This document shows, piece after piece, positions 54,306 through 64,000 of a DNA stretch of 64,000 nt. Location of the stretch: positions 17,533,807 to 17,597,806 of the forward strand of contig NC_134031.1 of assembly GCF_964204645.1 (NCBI RefSeq), read 5' to 3'. A program made the position numbers and the translations under genes. A model generated the notes under the pieces. That model did not search any database, had not been told where the DNA came from, and saw nothing but the letters and a program-made list of their open reading frames with translations. Source of the stretch: Tubulanus polymorphus (taxonomy: Eukaryota; Animalia; Nemertea). Numbering within the stretch: position 1 is the first letter of the stretch; each line of letters begins with the position of its first letter.

Positions 54306-57300
54306 CATAAGCCGTTATCATTGTGGATATCTTTGATAAACATTGATATCATCATGACATGTTTTATATTTTGATTTTATTACGCCCTGTGCATTGGCTT
54401 GGTGGCGCAATAAAAGCCACAGAAACTGATGAGATATTCCAAGAAACGACTCGTAGTGTAGCAAAACATTTAGTTGATGTAAAATAAACGCACTAAAAAT
54501 GAGAATAAATGAATAAGATTGGAGAAATTTCTTGCACTTAGATGTTCCTTAAAAATCGTATAAACTATAGTTTTGATGTATAAACTAGTTTATGCGTCCA
54601 TGATCGCTCCTAAATGGAAACGTCATTTCATATTTGGATTGGAAATTCTAATTCTAATTCACACATATATACAGGTAGAGACCAAACAACGACTTAATAA
54701 AATGGCCAAAAAACTTTTTTTCAAGCTTCTCACGTTCGTTCCCTGAGGTTCACTTTTCGTGACAATTGTATAAATAATTTCCCTTCGTAGTTTTCTTCCC
54801 CTTCGGTAAACGATGAGAAGTGAATTGGTTGTCATTGCGTCATGGGGTTGATTAAAGAGGAGAATCTCACCTGTGATATCCCTGGGCCTGTATCTGGGGT
54901 AAGAGAATGTTTTCTACCGCCACAAGTCACGCATTTTATAACAGCTCGTCATCTGAACCTAATACTTACTCACTAAATAATGGGACTATAGAAAAATAAA
55001 TTATTACGCTCTACTTCTATCTATCTTAAAAATACTGTCATATCTGCCATGGTAATTTTGACTCTAAACGTTGTATTCACATGACATAATTTCAACGAAG
55101 TGGCCAAATGCATTCAAGTAGTTTTTTGTCCAAAATGCAACTACGTGTATTTTATTTCTTGTTTAAAGTGATCAAACTAGATATGTTCTTGGGTTACATA
55201 TTTTCTATGAACACAAGTAAATCAGAGAAGGGAATGTGACAAACCATCCGTTTCTTTTCTTTATATGGAAATTCATCGCTGTAATAGATAGAAAACTAAT
55301 AATTTGTACTTCTACTTATATAAGTCACTGTAATACCAGTTCCGAGTTTTTTGGATTTAGGTTTTAGAATTGAAAAAAAAGTTTACCCTGTGACAAGATG
55401 CTTCAGAGACTCGTTTTACGGTCTAACAACGATCAAACGTTTAATTAAAACAATTTATATTCATTAAAGACGCCAACTGTATAGCTGTAAACACAAACAT
55501 ATTAATCATTGCTGACAATAGAGGCGCTGTTTTCATAATTAAACTGTGTGTAATCAATTAACTGATTACTAAATTACTGCAATATTAATCCATGGCGACC
55601 TCCGCGGTCTAGACTAGACGGCGTAATCGCGGCAACATAGCGAAAACAGAATACACGGTTAAAAACATTGAAATGAAAGGATAAACAAATCAGTATCGTT
55701 TCTATTATCCGAGATAGTTTTCAATAGGAAATAGACCCATAACGATATATAGAGCTATGGGTTTATGAGGAATAGTTAAGTGTGGAAAGTATAAATCATG
55801 CAGAGAGTTCTTTGAAGTTTCGATTTCATTTCCATTGCGAAGAGTATCTTAAGTGTTAGAATTTTTAGTACTTGGCTATTTGTGTATGGTTGGTTTGCCT
55901 TGTATAAGGTATGTTTGAAATTCGTAGGACTTGAGGCGATTTCGGGAAAGTCAAGAAGCCCTTGACAGACTAGGATCATGACGCAACAGCCGGAACGGCC
56001 CCCGATGTCCGCGAGTTAGCAACACAGCGCGTGTAAACATCTATTAATCCAGCTTAATCCAATGTTTACACCCTGATAATCCCTTTAACACCAAATCATC
56101 CATCCATGCCATGATTACGGTTACATTTTTATTTGCCGAGCACCATCCTGTAAATAAAACATTGCAATTCTTTTCCTGGACGACGAAAGGAGAGCGGCTT
56201 CCTTTTCTTCTCTTCGCTATGCGTACTATCTTCAAATCGTCTTCGATACATAACTGTCATTTAGTTACATAAGACTGAATTATTTTATAATCCCCAATAG
56301 AGATTTGTTTGCTTCAAACAAAACAACTTTTATAGCGTAAATGGCCAACGTTGATTGCCCAGTCCATTCATTCATTCATCGATTGGTGTTTTGAGTTTTC
56401 ATCAATTCTAGAAGCCGAGGCGTTATCAGATAATTTTCGTCGGCGATTGTGTATTTTCTATTCACCAGACGGCTACAATTAATAGTATTTTCACTGTCGA
56501 TCTGTTTAATGCGTCGACGACAGTTAAAATAGTTCGACTTAATCGTCATCGTTTTATCTAGAACTGAGAGAGAAATGACCCGTAACCTTCGATCGGTTAC
56601 CAGGCAAATAAATTCATATCCACGTCATCCTCGTCTGGCCAGAGTAAGAAAACGAAAACAGGTATTAACCCCGGTAACCCCCCCCCCCCCTCTCCATTCA
56701 GTTTGTGCTATCAAACTTTGATAAAAACTAGATAATACTTTTCATTACAATATTTAGGAATACACATGTACATAGATATTTCAATATTACTTCAACTATA
56801 TTTCTTCATAGAATTTTCGAAGCTACGATAAAGTCATCTTAGATGCATGTAACTTGCTAAAAGTCACAGATAATCCAAGGTAAATATTGTGACCAACACG
56901 ACATTGACCAACACGAATTTGAAGTTTTTTCTATTAAAGTTTTGTAAAATATTGAAATATTTTCTTTATTTCCAAATTAATTATTTGGGGGGGGGGGATT
57001 TTACCAGAGGGGAGTTTTATCTATGGGGATATCGAATGTTCGTAGGATTAAAATACAAATGAATATAGCGTGATCAGTAGGACAAAAAACTAATTTCAAA
57101 TTGATTCTCTAAAATTGTTTTCGCACACAGAATTCGCAGGCAGTGCAATCAGATAAGCTTCACCATTTAGGCTCCGGGTACATGTAAATATAAAAATTCG
57201 ACTTGAACCTAAATTTCACCATCAGACACGCATTCGTGATAGTAATAGACGATGATTATCTATCACATAGTCAATATTGTTAACTATATCGAAAACTTAG

Positions 57301-57815
57301 CACACACACGTGTCTGTGGGGTTACCAAGCCCGGGCAGGTGTGTCATCGCACTGCCGGAACGCGGGGACTACCTGCCAGCGTATAGATATATACGGTGCG
57401 CTACTCGACAAGAGTGATAGATAATCTTTTCGTAGATCGGTAGCGCCCTGAAGACACAATTAATCGTCGGTAAACAGGTGGTCCCCGTTTTCAAGTCGGT
57501 TGACTTTAGGCGATTACGATAAATCTCGAAGAATTCATCTATTAATTATTCGAATACAATAGTGGAATTGTGATAAACAGATCAAATACGGACTATATTT
57601 TCCTCCTCGGGCAGAATGCTCATCCTCACTTGCCACTTGTTCCCCGTCGAGTAGTTCTACCCTTGCATTGTGCTATCATGTACTTATGATTAGTTTATAA
57701 GATTTTGATGATCTATTCGATTTGAAAATTCATTCACGCCGAAGAAATATTAGACGTTTCCTTATTTCGTTTTCAGGCAAATATTTTTGGATCGAGTTCT
57801 CGATTTGTGTCAGTA

Positions 57816-59018
57816 ATGGCCAGCTCACGCATCCTTGTCGCATTGGTGGTAATTCTTGTGCTGACTTCCGCGAATTGTGAGTACATGGGATTTAAGGCCT
57901 GCTAAATAGGTTTTAAGGTTATAACGGTGTTTCAATAACTTCAGGTGCACCAACTAGGATATCACGGCCGATGAGCGATTTGCTACAAATGATGTTTTTA
58001 AGACATGCTACGAGACTCGGAGGTGATAGTGAAGGCAGTAACCCATTTTGTTCCAAACCTAACTTCGTGAACGGTCATAACCGGTGTGTATAATTCACTA
58101 TTCTCACTCCGGTCTGCGCTAGTGCTTACTTCGAAGGCTAAAACAATGTTTGTAATCGCCTTACAGGAAAACCGAGTTGTTGAATCGTACTAAGCCCGAT
58201 AAAAATATGAGTAAATCCCAACATTTCAAACTTTATTGGAACCATTTCGATGGTGGCACATTCCACCTTATTAGAGCAGTGGCCGACTGTTGTTGGAAAC
58301 AGTCGAAACATTGGTCTCAATGATTTTTTCGCCATTTTTTCACCATACATATAGTCTTCAATTGTGGGCTTTCTCGTCACAAACAAAATAAATGTTAGAT
58401 TTTCTTCTTATTATATCAATGAAGATTTGCAGAAGGTATCTTTCTTAATTTGGAATCTTCGATCGATTATTACAGGACCTGTTGCGTATTACACGATACT
58501 TGTCGCGAGAATATTCGCAAACTTGACGTCTGTTCGAATCACAAGGTCGGGAAGTATTACAACATCGACGAAATCGGTGTTGAAACTAACTGCAGTAAGG
58601 CTTGCTCTAGGATTTTTCTCATTCAAACAAATTTATACGTATATCCAAGATTTCATTTGAAAATGCATTTTCGGTCTGGTATATTTGCCAGCTATCCAAA
58701 AACAGGAGTAAGTGGGGTGGTACTAAAATCAATCATGAAAGGAATATTGTAACACACTAGAAGTTCGTTCTTCAAATGCGATTGCAACTGGGTTTTGTAA
58801 TTGTTCTTGCAGATGATAATTTGTCCCACTGCGACGAAAGATTCTGCAAATGTGACTGGCAGTTCGCGCACTGCTTCATCGGCGATGGTGAAAACCAGGA
58901 AAACCTGATGTCGTTAGTTGACGAGGAAGCTTCGTCATCGATATTTGGCGAGGCGAATATAGACAAGTTGAAAGCCATAATGATTAATCAGCTGTCGTCA
59001 GATGGGGACAATAGTTAG
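57816..59018 (+). CDS. Divergent secreted phospholipase A2-like protein (exons 57816-57876, 57945-58083, 58476-58594, 58813-59018)
   Basis: Signal peptide MASSRILVALVVILVLTSANC; DLLQMM; CCVLHDTC; CDERFCKCDWQFAHCF; same 4-exon layout as the neighbouring PLA2; no YGxxCGxGG loop. Confidence 0.75.
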
Positions 59019-59360
59019 TGTATAACACTGTAATCGGTATAAAAAAAAATCCATGTTGCAATCGAAAAACTGTATGATTTTGTTCTATTCGTTTCTTTCC
59101 CTCGTACTTAAGTACGATATTATTGGTCATCAGTTTAGAAAAGCCATTCTTGATAGGCCTGCCTACAAGATTGGCGCTATGGTTTAGATTGATTATGAAA
59201 TCAAATTAGTAAATTATCAGTTAATTTGTTACCGAATTATATTGTGCTATACAATGTAGTATCATCGTCATAATATATTCATTTTAGATATGAAAAATAT
59301 AACACACAATTTCCCCGTGTTTTATATAACGTGCAAATTGCAAGCGTTTATTTTTAGCGT

Positions 59361-60757
59361 CTATTCAAAAGATTCTTCTACGTAATAACCTCCAAATCCC
59401 AGAAGTCCATATATATCACTCAAGTGTATATTCTTCAATTGTTCATAAGTTTTTATCAGATCGTCGACGAATGTTGTCGCTAGATCTTGGTCTTTGTTTG
59501 TTTCGTTATAGTGATGGATATTTTCAGCGAAACAGTTCGTCACCTGACGGTCGCACTGGCACACCGTGTACGGACACACGTCCGTTTCGTCGTCGACTGA
59601 AAACGAAAAAGAAAACTAAAGGCTTTACACACAATTAAATCAATTACGTTACAGGAATTTGTTCATCCTTACGACGAATGTTTCCAAAGTTTTGGATATT
59701 AACTTACGACATTTGATGACTTTATCTTCAACTTCAAATTCATATTTCAGGAAGTATGGCAATTTGAGAATATTTATATGTGATCGGCATGTCCCGGTGC
59801 GGCTTTCCTTATAGCAATTGTCATGGTGCATACAGCATCTGAAAATGATGAAATGATCTGTAGTATAATAGGGTAATAGCCTACACAATCATTCCTGATA
59901 TCATCCATTTTCACAGTAATGATAATAACATGTATGCGAGATATAGAGAATCCCATGCTGATATAACGAGAAAGATGAAGTCCGAGATGGAGTTCCCTTT
60001 AAACTAATTCGTTGATTCCGACGTTTTGACTATAACCTAATAGTCACAGGAATGATCAGGAATCTTCAGTGGGTTATAGTCGAAATTTCGATTCAATAAA
60101 TTAGCTTAACGGAAACTTTTCGCACTTCATCTTTCTCGTTTTATCAGTGTGGGATTCTCTATACATCGACACGACACGGGCATAGCGTTTCACCACGGTT
60201 ATTTACGACATAGATAACGTTATACAAATATTATAGGGATCTGTCGAAATTACTACAAAGTTTATATATAGAGAGAGTAAAAACCATTGAAATTCTATTG
60301 CAACGCAAATGAAACGAATTGATTAACCCTTACTCGTCGATCGGATCAACTGGTTTACCCTCGCCACCAAGTCCACACCAGTTCCCATAATTCTCAAAGT
60401 CACCTGCACTTCTACCGAGCAAACGGTTTATCATCTCATCAAAACTGTCCAGTCGTCGTTTTGTCAGAGAGTGGCCGTCACTTCCTGTGATCGATGAACG
60501 AAATTGGACTACGAAATTAGTAACGAATTTGGCTAATGGAAACGTGGTACTATATAGGCCCTCAATAAACCCCGAAAACGTATTGAATCGAAGTCTGTAT
60601 ACATGTATAGTTCCTGGGCTACAGAATAACACCCGTGGGTTTTGCTAATAAGCCAGAAATATGAGATGAAAATTTCAAATTGTATCGTAATATTTTACTT
60701 ACCAGTGCTAAGCGCCACTAAAATACACACGAACAACCCCGATCCTCGAATTACCAT
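59361..60757 (-). CDS. Secreted phospholipase A2 (group I/II-like; exons 60757-60703, 60484-60334, 59838-59708, 59596-59361)
   Basis: Signal peptide, propeptide ending KRR, LDSFDEMI, Ca2+ loop YGNWCGLGGEGKPVDPID, active site CCMHHDNCY, VCQCDRQVTNCF. Confidence 0.92.
59941..60200. mobile_element. Second copy of the palindromic repeat seen at 24137-24413, in a PLA2 intron
   Basis: Shared arms and 3' tail with the 24.1-kb copy. Confidence 0.6.
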
Positions 60758-61209
60758 CTTCTTATGAATGTAAAATATCTTTGGATCAGTGATTTTCAGA
60801 GTTAAATATGTTCTGTTTATTTCGACACCGTATACACGCGTTAAGTGCGTATGTCACGGACCTTTACGTGGATCAATTTTTCGAAAAGCGTATTTTTATC
60901 GTTATCCGTGTTTTTTTTCCGGCCAGCTGTAAACGAAGCGTATAATTCACAGGTCGTGATAACTGAGTCCGGGAGTACTACACTGTAGATCCATTCAACG
61001 AATAACCGTTCGAGTCCTATATTATGGACAGAACAAATCTCTCGAACTTGAACTTTTTGTGCTATTGTATTTTCAACCTGTTCATTACTGATAAACTGCG
61101 ATAGTGCGATAGTATTGTGCGAGATAAAACACAATTTCCGAAAGAAAATTCCTTAATAATCATCCCTGATGACGGCTATAGGATGATAGCCGATACGTGG
61201 CAGTAAACA

Positions 61210-61378
61210 TACAGTAAAACCTCGCCTTACCTCGGAATTTTGACTGATTCTTTTGTCAAAAAAAAAATAAGGTTTGTGTTTTGCTAACATAAGTTTCCTA
61301 TCCTTTTAATTGGACTTCACTTAGCTCGGGCCAATTTTGCCAATTCCAGTTTGCACGAGTTAGACGAGGTTAACTGTA
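61210..61378. mobile_element. Tc1/mariner/pogo-type MITE
   Basis: TACAGTAAAACCTCGCCTTAC ... GTTAGACGAGGTTAACTGTA; related to 6560-6882. Confidence 0.55.
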
Positions 61379-62659
61379 TCCAATATCTACAGGGCATTTC
61401 ATTTTTCGACTTACGGGATTTTCTTCATAACAAGATAGAATTTGCAGGAGTGAATACCGAACCTATCCACAGCTATGGAGAAAACTGATGTACTACAATC
61501 CACCCAAGAGGTTTTCCAAGATCTACTAAATGAATGAAAGTCAAGACTTTCTTCAAGCATATAGTTCAGTATTTATTATACTAGGAATACGATGTACAAA
61601 TAAAGCCGATAGCTTTTCAAAACAAAGTATAAAATGAGACTCTCTGTAATAGTTTCAATTAGTCAAGGAATTTTACATAAATTCTGCATTTCATAATTTC
61701 ATATACAACAATAACATTAACTAATCTCGAAAACCGATAGTATATAAACGTTTGCACTTTCTAAAATAAAACATTTAGTGAAGTTGAGCTCAAATCTTGT
61801 ACCAAATAAAAATGACATATAGTCGAATATTGCCCTAATCGGCAACACAATGTTGTGAAACTTCAAAAAAAAATTTACTGACACAACCAATATTTAGTTT
61901 AGGCAGTCAACTTTAACAAAATTCTGAAATACAATGAAGTATTTACAAAAAGGTTTGAATTTTTGTAGCACAAGCAACATGCTTTCTTCAGATATGTAGT
62001 TTGAATTATGTTCAGAGATCAAATCTTTAAGTGGCCCCATTTGAAGTACGTTACATGCATAATAAGTGACGAAAATAACTGATCTGCAAAACGAAAGGTG
62101 TTACCCCACGAGAAGTTGAATCTCTTTCCCAATTGTGTATTCGACAGAAAAGAAGAGATTACAGCCCAAAATCATTGCAAGATATATAATTTCTATGAAT
62201 TTTTATAAAATATGTAAATCAGATAAATAGAATAAACAAGGTTTGTCTGTACTACCTACACACATAAGACACAAAAAATCATTTCTAATGAAATATATAA
62301 CATTTTAAAACCTCTTTGCTTAAAAACGTTTTTAACCCTTTCAGTGTGGCAACTCTACAGTGCGGTGTATTAATCGGTGATGAACTCTGCTAGTACCCCG
62401 CGTCGCGGTGTATTGATGCATTACCGGTTGTAATCAATCATTTTTCATCTTTATTGAAAGATGGCAGCACCTGTCAAACAGTGGAATATCAGTAACTGTG
62501 CAAGCATACCCCGCAGTGTTAGTAACTAACAATACACCGCACCGGGGTGTACTTGCACTAAAGCAGTAGGCCCGTTATTACACGAGGGTGGAATTTTTCA
62601 TAATTTTCAAATTATCTCCATCACTTTCATCAGGTATTAAGTAGTCTTTATTGAAAGGG

Positions 62660-63671
62660 TTAAGGTAGATTTAACAAATTACGTTCGGTGTAGAGACTCT
62701 GAGTTGTCTCGTAGACCGGTTTCACCGCGTCGTCGAACTGTTTCAGAATCTCGATCGTTTTCTCGTAATCGTATTTTTTCATCTTCGCGACAAGACCCTT
62801 TTTATCCGGAAGCATGTACGTCGCTAGTTGGACGGCTTTACGCACCAAGTACGGGTGAAATTTCGCCAACGTTTCCGTGTAGACGTCACTGGCGATCGCG
62901 CCGGTCGACGCGTTGTCCTCGGCTTTGTGAACCTCGTGCAGGAATTTCGTTATGAAATCGAGAGCGCGATGGAGACGCAGCAGAGTTCGCGATCCGTTAT
63001 CAAGTTTGTTTATTTTGCATTCGGTGAGATTATTCTCAACTTCGTACGCGATCATTCCCTGAATCGTCGCGTAGTGTTCACCCATCGACGATTTTCGATG
63101 TTCTCGAAGAATGTGTATTTTGCTGTGAACGTCCGATGAGACAAAGCCAAAAACTTTTCCCAACAAGGGGAATATCCTGAAAAATAACCAAATATAGAAT
63201 CAGCGATTTTTCTTCGACCATTAGAGGGTGGCCACTTAAACAAATTCCCGAGTTTTCCAATATTCCAGAAGTCGGATCCCAAAAATCTCTTTTTTGGTAT
63301 AAAATCAAATTTTATAGGTCGAATCATCTTTATATGAATCTCATGTGGCGGACCTGAATTTTCCAGGCTATTTGCAAATTTGTCAAATTCTCCCCTACCT
63401 GCAGGTCACCCTGCATATGGGGTAAAAGAAGCTAGTTCAACCATGACGACCAGAAGGTGCTGCCACCTGTGCTGAAATTTCAGAACGTTTTACATTTCGG
63501 AAGAAAAGAGGCTGTGAGACACATGAAGTCCGATTTTGACACATACCTACTCAACTCGCTGTAAGCCTCTACATATTCATCAATTTGTAATATGTTATCG
63601 TCAAGCCGACATGCCTTAAAATTGTCAGTAATCGCCTGAATATCAAAAGCTCCTTCGTTGTTAGCGGCCAT
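62660..63671 (-). CDS. CPTP: Ceramide-1-phosphate transfer protein (GLTP domain); exons 63671-63547 and 63176-62660
   Basis: LGKVFGFVSSDVHSKIHIL, NGSRTLLRLHRALDF, LAKFHPYLVRKAV, terminal LLNLP. The D-x3-K and R-x3-R residues match the C1P-binding CPTP/ACD11 type rather than GLTP. Confidence 0.88.
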
Positions 63672-64000
63672 ATTTAGAGTTGTCACACGAACTATTTACT
63701 CAGTACATCTAATACTGGAAGATATTAATTCAAATTGATTCAATTATTCATGAAAAATCTCTCTTACATTTCTTTTTGATCTACTTTTTGTTTATTTTTT
63801 CGACAATAATGAACAAATTACTTTATCATCAACATCGTCCCCCACTACGTAACTTCCGTAACTTGTAATCTACAGGACAAACCCGGAAATACTAACTATT
63901 GGGAAATCCCCCAAGCACGTGTGATAAAAATCTCAAATAGATTGAATAAATATCCGTCGTATGAACTCTATAGTTTCCAGATATCAGACTCCTTGTTGTT

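Overview
Intron-rich, AT-rich eukaryotic DNA from an invertebrate animal; the species cannot be assigned from the sequence alone. Genes in order: possible 3' end of an unidentified + strand gene (~4.4 kb); a membrane-anchored JmjC 2-oxoglutarate oxygenase (-), head-to-head with GIGYF1/2 (+); AP2M1 (-); an intronless secreted peptidase C45 (+); a ~4.3-kb tandem duplication holding two DNase II (plancitoxin-like) genes, a deleted third DNase II copy and a truncated C45 copy; two convergent HES/hairy bHLH-Orange-WRPW genes; two convergent secreted PLA2 genes, one with a degenerate Ca2+ loop; and a CPTP/GLTP-domain gene. Introns carry many MITE-like elements. The most striking unexplained signal is at 28553-29028, downstream of the GIGYF stop codon. 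Six stem-loops there share an invariant asymmetric internal loop (5'-GA-UUGC-GA...UC-U-UC-3') while their stems and apical loops differ in sequence but keep base pairing. This is a candidate undescribed multi-copy cis-regulatory RNA element in the long 3'UTR isoform of a translational repressor. All exon coordinates were read by eye and may be off by a few bases.
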